From the NCBI GenBank assembly GCA_965226555.1, contig CBDDDG010000014.1:32001-96000 (forward strand): DNA of 64,000 nt, given 5' to 3'. The translations under genes were made by a program, and so were the position numbers. The stretch comes from Salinispira sp. (GTDB lineage Bacteria; Spirochaetota; Spirochaetia; DSM-27196; Salinispiraceae). Positions within the stretch are counted from its first letter, which is position 1. Every line of letters starts with the position of its first letter. Below, in pieces: positions 43,071 to 54,115 of the stretch. Below the pieces are notes generated by a model. The model saw only the letters and a list, made by a program, of their open reading frames with translations, did not search any database and was not told the origin of the DNA.

Positions 43071-43603
43071 AGGAAGGCGGGCAGGGCGGCGGAAGAACCA
43101 TTACGGGTTTACAGTTTGAAAACAAGGTCGATGTTCGTACCTTACTCGAAGGTATACCCAATTATCAAGTTGATTCACGCGCTGATAATGCGGGCAGCGA
43201 TATTTATTATTCCGGTAAACTCGTGGCAAGGTGTTTTAAGAAACACGATTTTTACCAATTCTTGAGTGAAAAAAGAATCGATTGGAAAAATTATCTCTCG
43301 AAAAAATTATTACCGGACGATGCTCTGCTTGTAATTGTTCGTGAGACATTGTTTATTATTGAGGTCAAATACCAACAGGTTGCCGGTTCTGTTGATGAAA
43401 AATTGCAAACCTGTGATTTTAAGCGTAAGCAATATGTCAAATTAGTTTCCTCGCTGGGGTTAAAAGTTGAATATGTCTATGTACTAAGCGAATGGTTCAA
43501 AAAGCCGGAATATAAGGATGTTTTGGATTACATTCATAGCGTAAACTGTCATTATAAATTTAATGAACTACCCTTGGCATGGCTTGGCTTGCCGACACAG
43601 TAG
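43067..43603 (+). CDS. Putative type II restriction endonuclease, PD-(D/E)XK fold
   Basis: LLPDDAL...IIEVKYQ..GSVDEK; ATGA-coupled to the methyltransferase. Confidence 0.8.
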   Translation: MKEGGQGGGRTITGLQFENKVDVRTLLEGIPNYQVDSRADNAGSDIYYSGKLVARCFKKHDFYQFLSEKRIDWKNYLSKKLLPDDALLVIVRETLFIIEVKYQQVAGSVDEKLQTCDFKRKQYVKLVSSLGLKVEYVYVLSEWFKKPEYKDVLDYIHSVNCHYKFNELPLAWLGLPTQ

Positions 43604-43778
43604 CTCGCTGCATAGGTTTTCCTCCCTCAATGATCATCCTGTCTACGGGACGATGTATTACTTTACTTTCCCTGATAAAGGTATCAATAATCTCAAATAG
43701 ACGGTGTAATAACCACATCCCATTCCCGACCCGAAAAAAATTCACACATTTTGCAAAACTTTCGTTCAGGAGGATTGT

Positions 43779-44625
43779 ATGATCGATTTCAAAGAAAAAC
43801 CCGCCCCCGTTCCCTACGACCAAGGATACCGATCCCTGCTGTTCCAACCCGCAATAATGCTCCAATTTCTGCAACGCTTTGTCGGAGGCACATGGACAAA
43901 GACATGCCCCTCCGCATGTCGGAGTACACAAATCTGCTCTACCGGAACATTCACCGCACCGGCGAAATTCCCGATGACTGCGAGGTGGTATTTCTTCCCA
44001 TTGTGTTCTATAATGGAACGCGAAAATGGAAGGTGCCCGGGAACGTCAGAGAGCAGAACACGCGGGAATTCCCGCAGTATCTTGCCCCTTTTCCTTAACA
44101 AACTTTTGCCTTGGAAAATTGTGCAAGCACAATTTCCAGTAGCAAAACTTTCTATATCTTGAGAGAATCAAATATATAGATGGGAGAATCCTTATTGGAA
44201 AATTTTGCGGAGCAAAATTTTCGGTATGATCTTATTAGCGAGAGCGATTATTCTGCGGAGCAGCTGCAGCAGCGGGGAAGAATGTTTGCGGCTGTTATGT
44301 ACCTTGATCTGTACTCGAAAAATCTGCTGAATACGGATTGGGACATTCAGAAAGAACAAAAGAACCGAGAGGTAAGGAGGTAGCAAAAATGTTCAGAATG
44401 AATGCGGAAACATTCAAAGCGCGCATTGCGGAAATGGGTCGGCAGGAAGGACTTCAGACAGGATTGCAAACAGGTCGACAGGAAGGATTGCAGACAGGTC
44501 GTGAAGAAGGCATTCGAGAAACGGCTCGCAGTATGTTTTCCAAAGGATTTTCAGCCCATGACATTCAGGATGTTACCGGGCTGAGCGATGAGGAAATGCG
44601 GACAGTGCGGAACGGATCGCATTAA
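43779..44625 (+). pseudogene. Rpn family B with two deletions and an insertion; small ORF 44389-44625 intact
   Basis: Versus the 52895 copy: 160-bp deletion at TGGAC microhomology (43893-97), deletion at AGAA (44349-52), and a 127-bp element. Confidence 0.9.
44098..44224. mobile_element. 127-bp MITE-like element with TA duplication, second copy
   Basis: TA at 44096-97 and 44225-26; empty site CCTTACGAT in the paralogue; reverse orientation of 17043-17169 with the core flipped. Confidence 0.9.
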
Positions 44626-44662
44626 GTTGGAACCGCTCGGCCTGCGCGCAGAGCGGATAATA

Positions 44663-44848
44663 TCAATCCTGCACATGGGGGTTTTTACTGAAAACAGGAC
44701 AGTGATGCCCGGTTGTCCGCTGTACCACTCTGGATGGTAATTCCCGCGATTTAATATTGAATTGCTTACAGCCGTTTGGGAACGACTTATCCCATGTTAC
44801 ATAAAAGAAGGCGCACTTCCGGCAATTTGGAAACTTTCCCTGCTGCAT
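44663..44848 (-). CDS. Small Cys-rich putative metal-binding protein
   Basis: NCRKCAFFYVTWD..FPNGC..F.IKS..LPS..V...TG..CP.F. Confidence 0.7.
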   Translation of the reverse strand: MQQGKFPNCRKCAFFYVTWDKSFPNGCKQFNIKSRELPSRVVQRTTGHHCPVFSKNPHVQD

Positions 44849-44929
44849 AGGCGATATTGTATAAAAAGTTTTGTATTTTGTGTACATTTTAGGCGTTTTG
44901 ACTTATGATGAGAATAAGGAGAATTGAAT

Positions 44930-45691
44930 ATGCACTTTTATTTATCACTTTTTCCAACTCAGGCACTTATTGCCAGTCAGCTTGACCCTCGCCATTTTGG
45001 AACATATATGGCCATAGGCAAAAAAAATGGTTCTTTTGAAAGAATTATCTTCATTGAGATAGAAGGATTCTTCGGAAATGACTTTGACTGGAACTATGCG
45101 GAGGAACACTGCATTGCGCACGATAATGGAAGCCCGAAGAACTCAGTCTGGCTATCGGTTTACCGCACGCTGGAATACACTCCCCTGAGCGCCATGAAAT
45201 CCATGTTTCTGGTTACCAAGGATGGGAGAACCATGGAAATAGTACCTGCAGAATATACGCCCCCTACCGATACAAACTACTATGTGTATAATGAACTATC
45301 TCCAATAGACCCCCTCGTGGTCAGCCGACTGGAACCCCATGAGTTTGCTTCATATATGACAAACCCCATGGTTAAGGTCTCAGTGCCGAAGGTCGTGTTC
45401 GCCGATCTCAAAACCATCAATTTTGATGATCTGGATGCAACAGGAAACATCGGAGCAACATATGACCATAATCTGGAACATTTCAGAGACTGCATAAACG
45501 CCATTCTGGATAATCCTCAAAAAATGAACAAGAATGTAGAAAGAAGTCACAGCAGCGATTTTTCATACAATATAATTAATAGAGGTATATATATCGGTGA
45601 GGGCAGGAACATTGTATATTATCCCATGCCCCGGGTAGATACCCTGCGGCAGAAGCATTATGATTGGGCGCGATCGGCCATGATTCTCTAA
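44930..45691 (+). CDS. Hypothetical protein
   Basis: About 253-aa ORF with AAGGAG RBS, upstream of hflX. Confidence 0.8.
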   Translation: MHFYLSLFPTQALIASQLDPRHFGTYMAIGKKNGSFERIIFIEIEGFFGNDFDWNYAEEHCIAHDNGSPKNSVWLSVYRTLEYTPLSAMKSMFLVTKDGRTMEIVPAEYTPPTDTNYYVYNELSPIDPLVVSRLEPHEFASYMTNPMVKVSVPKVVFADLKTINFDDLDATGNIGATYDHNLEHFRDCINAILDNPQKMNKNVERSHSSDFSYNIINRGIYIGEGRNIVYYPMPRVDTLRQKHYDWARSAMIL

Positions 45692-45715
45692 GTATACATC
45701 GCTAACGAGGCAACA

Positions 45716-47044
45716 ATGATCGAATATGAAAAAAGTCCGGAAGAACAAGCACTTCTTGTATGCATCCGCATCCGGGAAAATAGCGATCATGAAGTGCAAA
45801 GCCATGTGGAAGAACTTGAAGGATTGTGCGCAACGCTCGGCTTTGTATGTTGTGAAGAAAAAATTGTCATACCCTTGAGAAATGTGAACCCCGGCTATTT
45901 TATTGGGAAGGGCTGGGCCGAAGAAATTGCAGCTCAGGCTGAATTCCTCGAAGCCGATTATATTGTCTTCGACGATAACCTCAGTCCGCGTCAGCAACGG
46001 AACCTGGAAAAACTCTGCGCATGTCCGGTTATTGACCGGCATCAGATTATTGTCGAAATATTTGCCCAACGCGCCCAAACCCGGGAAGCAAAACTCCAGA
46101 TTGAACTCGCGCAGCTTATTTACAGCCTGCTGAGATTACGCAGAATGTGGACCCACCTTTCCCGGCAACAAGGCGGAGCCAAGGGTACCCGGGGAGAGGG
46201 CGAAACGCAGCTCGAAAGCGATCGGAGAATTGTTGAAGCCCGCATTTCCCGGCTCAAAGCTGAACTAAAACAGCTGCGGAACCAGCGAAGCACCCTGAGA
46301 AAACAACGGGAAAGCATCCCCATTCCCACCGCTGCCATTGTCGGTTATACAAATGCGGGAAAATCCAGCCTTCACCGGGCGCTCACATCGTCGCAGGTCT
46401 TTGTGGAAGACAAACTTTTTGCCACACTGGATCCAACAACCCGCGGGCTCAAGCTGCCATCGGGTCAGAAAATTCTCATAAGCGATACCGTCGGTTTTAT
46501 CCGCAAACTTCCCCACGACCTCATTGATGCCTTCAGGTCCACTCTGGAGGAAACAGTCCTTTCCAAATTTCTCCTTCACCTTGTGGATGCGAGTTCCCCC
46601 GATTTTCATCAGCACATTACCACAACCCACTCCGTTCTCAGGGATATCGGGGCGGTCGGGAGAAATGAAATACTGATCTTTAATAAATGTGATCGGCTAT
46701 CACCCGATGCGCTGAAACACATACGCGGAGATTATCCGCAGGCTGTGTATGTATCGGTAAAAAATACATTCGGCATCAATAATCTTTTAGAGCGCCTTGA
46801 GTTGGAGCTTCGGCGGGAACTTCAGAGAGTACAAATTACTCTTCCCCATGCCTACGGTAACATTATTGCGATTGCCCACCGCGAGGGGCAGGTTATTTCC
46901 ACCGACTACCGAGATAACAATGTGGTTCTTCAGGCCTATCTTCCGAACAGAATACTCAATTCTATTCATAAAAAATATAGCGGGGCGCTGGTTGAAATTC
47001 TTTCCGAAACTTTTGCAGAGCAAAATTTTCTTTCTGAGACATAA
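45716..47044 (+). CDS. hflX: GTPase HflX
   Basis: GEGETQLESDRR, VGYTNAGKS, DKLFATLDPTTR, SDTVGFI, NKCD. Confidence 0.97.
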   Translation: MIEYEKSPEEQALLVCIRIRENSDHEVQSHVEELEGLCATLGFVCCEEKIVIPLRNVNPGYFIGKGWAEEIAAQAEFLEADYIVFDDNLSPRQQRNLEKLCACPVIDRHQIIVEIFAQRAQTREAKLQIELAQLIYSLLRLRRMWTHLSRQQGGAKGTRGEGETQLESDRRIVEARISRLKAELKQLRNQRSTLRKQRESIPIPTAAIVGYTNAGKSSLHRALTSSQVFVEDKLFATLDPTTRGLKLPSGQKILISDTVGFIRKLPHDLIDAFRSTLEETVLSKFLLHLVDASSPDFHQHITTTHSVLRDIGAVGRNEILIFNKCDRLSPDALKHIRGDYPQAVYVSVKNTFGINNLLERLELELRRELQRVQITLPHAYGNIIAIAHREGQVISTDYRDNNVVLQAYLPNRILNSIHKKYSGALVEILSETFAEQNFLSET

Positions 47045-47111
47045 GCAGCGCATGGGAACGGCGCCCCTCATATGGGAATGCGAATGCGAATGGCTGAAGT
47101 GAATACCGTTC

Positions 47112-48638
47112 TTATATGGATGTGTTGAGAAGTTTCACAAAATAATGCATGCGCTTATATTCTGCAAGCATACGGGACTTAAGCGGAAATTCTGCCGTCT
47201 GAATTAACTCAGTCCAGTTCGTAATATAGTTTTTTGTGTGTTTTTGACAATCTTCTATAAAATATCTGAATGCCCGCCCGAAGATCACGGAACCCTTTGT
47301 TGTTGCCTGAATTATGGATAGGGCATTCGCATCTATTTTTTCCATTAATATTTGAAGGGCATGATGACTTGATATATCGTTAAGCACAATCCTGCCAAGC
47401 ATATCTTTAAAATTACGTCCGATATCACTGTCTTCATGTAATGAATTGTCGAATTTTTCCAGCCGATCTGAAATTTCGCTGAGTTGAAAATAGGGATCAG
47501 AAAGCTGCTGCGACATTGATCTGATAGTCCATTTTCCGCGAATGAGTATGAAATTTACTAATTCCTGAAGATCCTTATGGTAATAATGAGTAAAAAAGGC
47601 ATGTATGTAATTGAGAATCTGCGTATAGTGAAATTTACCGATCAATGTATTCACTCGTCCATTGGTCTGGCTATTATAATTATGGAGCTCTTCGGCAGGA
47701 ATGCCGTTAAAGATTTCCATGCATAATGTCTTTATTTCACTCATTTTTCTTTCACGGCGCATGTTCTCAATGCTCTGCTTGGCACGCTGTTTAATTGTAC
47801 TCAGATGTTTTTCTGCCATCCGGGTCTTGTATGTACGGAGAGACGGTGTCCAGTCAGGATTGCGATCCAGATATTGAATAATTATGGGTATGATGTTTGC
47901 ATTGGCAACCTTCCTGACCATAGCCATGAGTTGTTTCCATGCAGGCCGGTTAATTATTTCCATTCCCTTGTACGCGGATAAAACATCAAACACTTTCGTC
48001 CAGTCCGCATCAAAATCCAATATCAACAGAACTTCCAGAAAATCTTTGAGTTCGGTATTCACATAATTCCCGGAGATCGTTTTGAACAGGGGAGTATAGC
48101 TGCGGGGATTATTCAGTAACTGAAAATCAAACTTCTTCAGCAGAAAATAATAATCGAAGGCTATAAAATTTATAAACATGAGAATTTGCGAATAGGTATG
48201 ATCAATTAATTGTATTGTTTTTTTATCGAAAGAATGCATTGCCTCATAGAGTTTACTTTCAATTTCTTCAACAGAATCTTTCTGATCTATGTTTTTTTCG
48301 GCAGGATCATTTTTGGCGGTATCATTACTGCTAAACAATGCCAGTATTTTGGCATGTTCGGTATCCATGAATGATTCAATACAAATTGTCTTCAAAGCTG
48401 TGCTGCTTTTGGCGTTGGGCAAAAGACCAGCGGTCGTCATGGTTACTTTATAAATATCGAAAAAGAACTTTGCAAGCCCGGGAAGAGCAAGGTTTCCCTG
48501 AACGCGATAGAATTTGTATCGGGAGCGGTTAATTTCCCGCTCAAGAAGTTTAATAGCCCGCCTCTTTTTTCTGTCAGCACTTGATAAATTAACGATATCC
48601 ATGAACCAAGTAAAGATATTCCCGATTTTTTTCGCCAT
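47112..48638 (-). CDS. Spirochaete conserved protein (DUF5312-like)
   Basis: 508-aa helical ORF with FDYYFLLKKFD; family call from memory. Confidence 0.6.
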   Translation of the reverse strand: MAKKIGNIFTWFMDIVNLSSADRKKRRAIKLLEREINRSRYKFYRVQGNLALPGLAKFFFDIYKVTMTTAGLLPNAKSSTALKTICIESFMDTEHAKILALFSSNDTAKNDPAEKNIDQKDSVEEIESKLYEAMHSFDKKTIQLIDHTYSQILMFINFIAFDYYFLLKKFDFQLLNNPRSYTPLFKTISGNYVNTELKDFLEVLLILDFDADWTKVFDVLSAYKGMEIINRPAWKQLMAMVRKVANANIIPIIIQYLDRNPDWTPSLRTYKTRMAEKHLSTIKQRAKQSIENMRRERKMSEIKTLCMEIFNGIPAEELHNYNSQTNGRVNTLIGKFHYTQILNYIHAFFTHYYHKDLQELVNFILIRGKWTIRSMSQQLSDPYFQLSEISDRLEKFDNSLHEDSDIGRNFKDMLGRIVLNDISSHHALQILMEKIDANALSIIQATTKGSVIFGRAFRYFIEDCQKHTKNYITNWTELIQTAEFPLKSRMLAEYKRMHYFVKLLNTSI

Positions 48639-48791
48639 ACTATTATAATAGGATAAAACAATGTGTTTGTCAATGCCCCATGTGTCTGTTGCTGAGGATG
48701 GGGTGCTAAGGATGGGGTCAGATCACAGTAATATCCCCCATGTCCGTCGTCTCATCATTTGATATGTGTTCCTGAATGTAGTATACTCATT

Positions 48792-48847
48792 GAAACTTTT
48801 GCTGCTGGAAATTGCGCACGCACAATTTTCCAATGCAAAAGTTTCTA
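48792..48847. repeat. Palindromic element, long core, upstream of lipoprotein 4
   Basis: GAAACTTTTGCTGCTGGAAATTGCGCACGCACAATTTTCCAATGCAAAAGTTTC. Confidence 0.9.
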
Positions 48848-48914
48848 CCATTGCATAGGGTATTTGAAAATGATACTATGCAAGAATCTTAAACCCTATA
48901 GTAAGGAGTTAACT

Positions 48915-50402
48915 ATGAATGTTAATTTTATGCGGATGAGGAACCTTTTTCTATTCTGCGCAATGTTTATCATATTGATTGCTGCATGTCCGATGCCGGA
49001 ACCGACCCCTGAACCCGAGCCAACCGTGCCGGGTACCATGGCTGCGCCAACCCTTAAAGCGGGGGATGAGCGACTCATTGCTACATGGACTGCGCCGAAC
49101 AATGGCGGCAGCGAAATTACCGCGTATGAGCTGCAATATCGCACAGGCAGCGGAGCATGGACAGAAATTACCGAAGGCATCGGCACAAACACAAGCCACA
49201 CCATTACCGGACTGACAAAGACCGCTGAGTACGACGTACAGGTGCGCGCCGTCAATGAAATCGGCGCTGGCGACTGGTCGGAATCTGCCGCTGAAACTCC
49301 CCCTGCTACTGTTCCTGACGCGCCGGATGCCCCAACCCTTTATGCGGGCACTGGGCGGCTTGTTGCTCTATGGACTGCGCCGGAAGATGACGGCGGCAGC
49401 CCCGTTACCGGGTACGAATTGCAGTATCGCACAGGCGGCGGAGCATGGACGGAAATTGCTCCGGCACCGGGCACGCACGACCACAGCATTGACGGCCTGA
49501 CAAACGACGCTCTCTACGAAGTACGGGCGCGCGCCATCAATGCAGTCGGCGATAGCGGCTGGTCTATGCTCGCAACGAAAACACCAACAGATTCTGCGAT
49601 ACGGACTTCTGCGGGTACGGCAGTAAATGTAAACCTTTCGGCTGCTCTTAATGAAATTATTGCCAGTGAGAAACCAGCCCTTTATGTGACGACGGGCACT
49701 CACACGGTTAATGAAATGGGAGACATTGAGGTAACCTACGTAGCTACGCCCGCAGGGATCACCCCGCCGACTTATGAGCCGCTTACCGGTACTACGATTA
49801 CGGTTACCGCAGGTACAACAGCAGGAACATATCTGGTATACGGCATTAAAACAGAAACCGATGACATACTCTTTGCCGAATATCTCTATGTTACCGTGAG
49901 TCCAACAACTAACGCTGAACTGAAAACAGCGGTAACTACGGGGATATCAACATGGGGCAATACTGCCGACCTCAACTACATTATTACCGCGGCAATAACG
50001 GATATGAGCGGTCTGTTTGGTATCGCAAACACATTCAATGGCGATATCTCACTCTGGAATGTCAGTAAGGTAACAAATATGCAGGAAATGTTCACTTTTG
50101 CAAGCGAATTCAATGGCAATATCTCCGGCTGGGATGTCAGTAGGGTAGAGAATATGAAAAAAATATTCCGTGTAGCGAGCAAATTCAATAACGATATCTC
50201 CGGCTGGAATGTCAGCTCGGTAACGAATATGAGCGAAATGTTCGAACAAGCAAGAGCATTCAATCAAGATCTTGAGGAGTGGAAGGAACATTGGTCGCTT
50301 GCTGCCGGGACGCTCAATTCCGCTGGCAAATATACCGGAAACAAAAACAATATGTTTGGGAATTCCGGCGTAACAGGTGATTTGATTCCCTCATGGTATT
50401 AG
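48915..50402 (+). CDS. Surface lipoprotein 4: 2x FN3 + 4x DUF285/BspA-like repeats
   Basis: RBS TAAGGAG, signal ending LIAAC. Confidence 0.9.
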   Translation: MNVNFMRMRNLFLFCAMFIILIAACPMPEPTPEPEPTVPGTMAAPTLKAGDERLIATWTAPNNGGSEITAYELQYRTGSGAWTEITEGIGTNTSHTITGLTKTAEYDVQVRAVNEIGAGDWSESAAETPPATVPDAPDAPTLYAGTGRLVALWTAPEDDGGSPVTGYELQYRTGGGAWTEIAPAPGTHDHSIDGLTNDALYEVRARAINAVGDSGWSMLATKTPTDSAIRTSAGTAVNVNLSAALNEIIASEKPALYVTTGTHTVNEMGDIEVTYVATPAGITPPTYEPLTGTTITVTAGTTAGTYLVYGIKTETDDILFAEYLYVTVSPTTNAELKTAVTTGISTWGNTADLNYIITAAITDMSGLFGIANTFNGDISLWNVSKVTNMQEMFTFASEFNGNISGWDVSRVENMKKIFRVASKFNNDISGWNVSSVTNMSEMFEQARAFNQDLEEWKEHWSLAAGTLNSAGKYTGNKNNMFGNSGVTGDLIPSWY

Positions 50403-50464
50403 GAGTTTCATAGCCCGCAGCGGCCAGCCCTGCCCCCTACCTCAGGTGCAGAACAGGAGCGAAA

Positions 50465-50635
50465 CAAACTGTTTTTTATGATGAAAATGCTATTGTATTT
50501 GATGACCCCGAGCATTCTCATTCAGAAGACAGATTCATCATCGTTGGTTTTTGTACTCAGGGAAAACTACTTCTTGCATGTTTCTGTGAGAGAAGTGAGG
50601 ATATCATCAGAATAATTTCTACCAATCGCTTATGA
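50465..50635 (+). pseudogene. BrnT-family toxin internal fragment
   Basis: QTVFYDENAIVFDDPEHSHSEDRFIIVG...DIIRIIS; no start, N-terminus missing, no antitoxin. Confidence 0.75.
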
Positions 50636-50754
50636 GCCTCTATTTACGATCTTGCGCGATATCCAGAAAAAAATCCCTCATAAAAAGAATAAAAAGGCAC
50701 TATGGGAAACCATACAAATCAGAATTTCGACATCCGTAACGCTGTCGGTCATAA

Positions 50755-52478
50755 GAGCCTGTCGGACTTTACCCGGGTTGATAGTGGTATTGCGTTTGAT
50801 TGGAGAATCTGATATAGTTTTTTCATGCAACGATTTAAGTCATGTAGTCAAGATCAACAATTCCTGATGCCTCTTGATATGAGAGATTGGGTTCCCGAAG
50901 ATCATCTGGTCAATTTTATTAACGAAGCGGTAAGCACCATAGACAGTACCGTTTTTCATATCAATAGGCGGGGAAGCGGGAGCGAGCAATATCATCCGAA
51001 AATGATGCTTGCCTTGCTGATATATAGCTACACGGAAGGACGATTTAGCAGTCGCCGGATAGAACGGTCAACGTACGAGAATATCTGTGCGCTCTATCTG
51101 ACCGGCAACACGCATCCCGATCACGATACTATTTGTCGCTTTCGCCGAAAAAATACAGAAGCGATACACAAAGCGTTTATCCGTATTCTGCTGCTTGCCA
51201 AAGAGATAGGCATTCTGAAGGTCGGGACGGTCAGTATAGATGGGACACACATTAAAGCCAATGCGAGTAAATTCGAAAATGTGAGCTATGATCGGGCTGA
51301 GGAGCTGGAGAAACGGCTTGATGAGGACATTCAGAAATTGTTAGTGGAGGCAGAAGCGGCCGATACCGCAGACGATGAGGATGCGAACAGATTACCACAG
51401 GAGATTGCCCGAAGGCAGAAACTCCGCGAAAAGATGATCCATGCGCGAGCTGAAGTGGAAAGACGCGCGCGTGTCCGCGAGGAAAGAGAACAGGAGAAAG
51501 CGGAGAAAAAAGATGGAGCAAATGATACGGAAGATGTTTCCCCCGGCGGGGGAGCGAAGACAGACGCTCAGAGCGAAGGGCCTCCTGATCGGGCGATCCC
51601 GCCTGCGGACGGACAGAAAACACTTTTTGCCGATGATGATCCTGAAGACATTTCAGCGAAGGCACAGGAGATTCTGCCGAAGGGCGAGCAGGCATGCAAC
51701 AACACTGATCCTGACAGCCGTATTATGACAAAGGGATCGGGAACACAGCAGGCCTATAATGCTCAGGCGGTAGTCGATGCCGATGGCACGCAATTAATTG
51801 TCGGGACGCGTGTTTCCCAGTGTTCATCTGACCGGAATGAACTGGTAAACGATTGTCTCTCTGTTCCCCCAGATGTCGGGAAGCCCGAGCGAGCGCTTGC
51901 TGACGCGGGCTTTGTCAATGGCGATGAAGTGAAAACAGTAGAGGAAGAAATGGGGATAGATGTTCTGGTGTCTGTTCGGGCTGAAGAGACACATAATCCG
52001 CGAGAATACGACTATCGACCGGAAGAGAAAAATGCCAACACCACGCCTCCAAAAGAATCCAAGCCATGGATAAAAGATATGAACGCCAAATTTCAGAAGT
52101 CCGAGAACCGAAAACTCTATGCCCGCAGGAAGCAGACGGTGGAACCGGTATTCGGGATTATTAAGCAGTGCATGGGATTTCGACAATTTCTCCACAGAGG
52201 CCTTGCACATGTTACGAGTGAATGGGAACTTGTCGCGTTGGCTTATAATTGCAAGAGACTTCATCGACTGAAAATGACCTATGGATAATAGAAAAACTCC
52301 CCCCGTTGCGCCCGCGCATAGTTCCAACTGGCATCATCGAAGCGCGAATGGGTTCACGATGCCACCCCGCGCCTGAAGAAAACAACGCGATAACTGACGG
52401 CAATACTCATTCCCACCATCATTCCCACATCCATCGACTCACATCAAACAACATTATTTAGTTATGTACGACAGGCTC
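50755..52478 (+). mobile_element. IS1182-family insertion sequence, 1724 bp
   Basis: Terminal IRs GAGCCTGTCGGACTTTAC / GAGCCTGTCGTACATAAC; ATAA duplication (50751-54, 52479-82); empty site at 54541-54555. Confidence 0.95.
50825..52288 (+). CDS. IS1182-family DDE transposase
   Basis: YHPKMMLALLIY..SSRRIE, PDHDTICRFR, IDGTHIKANAS, TDPDSR, ADAG, RKQTVEPVFGIIK. Confidence 0.95.
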   Translation: MQRFKSCSQDQQFLMPLDMRDWVPEDHLVNFINEAVSTIDSTVFHINRRGSGSEQYHPKMMLALLIYSYTEGRFSSRRIERSTYENICALYLTGNTHPDHDTICRFRRKNTEAIHKAFIRILLLAKEIGILKVGTVSIDGTHIKANASKFENVSYDRAEELEKRLDEDIQKLLVEAEAADTADDEDANRLPQEIARRQKLREKMIHARAEVERRARVREEREQEKAEKKDGANDTEDVSPGGGAKTDAQSEGPPDRAIPPADGQKTLFADDDPEDISAKAQEILPKGEQACNNTDPDSRIMTKGSGTQQAYNAQAVVDADGTQLIVGTRVSQCSSDRNELVNDCLSVPPDVGKPERALADAGFVNGDEVKTVEEEMGIDVLVSVRAEETHNPREYDYRPEEKNANTTPPKESKPWIKDMNAKFQKSENRKLYARRKQTVEPVFGIIKQCMGFRQFLHRGLAHVTSEWELVALAYNCKRLHRLKMTYG

Positions 52479-52894
52479 ATAATGCGCCCAATGCAAAAGT
52501 TTTGTAATATCTCAAAATAATAAAAATAATTACAAAAATTTCTCATATTCACCGGTCATATTTTACCCGTCTATATAGTATGGAAAAGATTATATCGGTA
52601 TGGCACCACGCTGACCCACGCAGCTCAATTTTCGGGCTATCGCTTACGCCAGTCAGTCGGATATCGCCATAGACGCGCACCCCTTCCCGTCCACTAACCC
52701 GCATTCCCGAGCCATCCCCTCCCGTAGCCCCAAAAAAAATCACATATTTTGCAAAATTCTTTCCACATACATAGTCAAAAATGACTTTTTACCCGTCACA
52801 GATTATAGAGGAGAGAATTCACCATGGGACCATGTCGCCATGGGAGCTCCCCTATTCAGAAAGAAACGTTCAAAAAAACCTTCAGGAGGATTGT

Positions 52895-54008
52895 ATGATC
52901 GATTTCAAAGAAAAACCCGCCCCCGTTCCCTACGACCAAGGCTACCGCTCTCTGCTGTTCCAACCCGCAATAATGCTCCAATTTCTTCAACGCTTTGTCG
53001 GAGGCGCATGGACGAAAAAACTGCGAATCGAGGACATAACCATTGAAAACGGTACCTTTTTCATCGACCATGCGAAAACACGAATGGCCGACATTGTCTG
53101 CAAAATCAGAAGTCGGGATCATACGGGAGATGTTGCTATCTATGTGCTCCTTGAGCATCAGTCCGGCGTGGACAAAGACATGCCCCTCCGCATGTCGGAG
53201 TACACAAACCTTCTCTATCGGAACATTCACCGCTCCGGCACAATTCCCGATGACTGTGAATTGGTATTTCTTCCCATTGTGTTCTATAATGGCACGAGAA
53301 AATGGAAGGTGCCCGGGAATGTCAGAGAGCAGAACACGCGGGAATTCCCGCAGTATCTTGCTCCTTTTCCTTACGATCTTATTAACGAGAGCGATTATTC
53401 TGCGGAGCAGTTGCAGCAGCGGGGAAGAATGTTTGCGGCTGTTATGTACCTTGATCTGTACTCGAAAAATCTGCTGAATACGGATTGGGACATTCAGAAG
53501 GTGGAGAAAGCGATAGCAGAAATGCTGAATGAGGAATCGCTGGAGCTGATAAAGGAATTTATCGGCGTGGTAGATTCGATGTTCGGAATTGTTATAGACT
53601 TTGACACGCTAATGAACCAGTTAGAAAGAACAAAAGAACCGAGAGGTAAGGAGGTAGCGAAAATGTTCAGAATGAATGCGGAAACATTCAGAGCTCACAT
53701 TGCGGAGATGGGTCGGCAGGAAGGACTTCAGACAGGATTGCAAACAGGTCGACAGGAAGGTCGTGAAGAAGGATTGCAGGAAGGACTTCAGACAGGACTT
53801 CAGACAGGTCGGCAGGAAGGACTGCGGACAGGTCGGCAGGAAGGACTTCAGAAGGGGCTACAGGCAGGTCGCGCGGAGGGGCATATTGAGGAGCGGAGCA
53901 AAAAACGCCCGCAGTATGTTTTCCAAAGGATTTTCAGCCCATGACATTCAGGATGTTACCGGGCTGAGCGATGAGGAAATGCGCACATTGCGGAACGGGT
54001 CGCATTAA
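52895..54008 (+). pseudogene. Rpn family B, nuclease domain intact, +1 frameshift near 53899 in the tail
   Basis: GAGCGGAGCAAAAAAC versus GAGCGGAGAAAAAAC; internal SD and ATG at 53663. Confidence 0.85.
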
Positions 54009-54115
54009 GTTGGAACCGCTCGGCCTGCGCGCATAGCGGATAATAAAAAGGTTTTATGGTAAGATAACTAGGGATGAAATTCGAGCATTTCAGAAAAACG
54101 GACAAGGATAATAGT

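Noticed and set aside
50465..50635. Functional BrnT/BrnA toxin-antitoxin pair
   Set aside because: No start codon, N-terminus missing and no brnA in either copy
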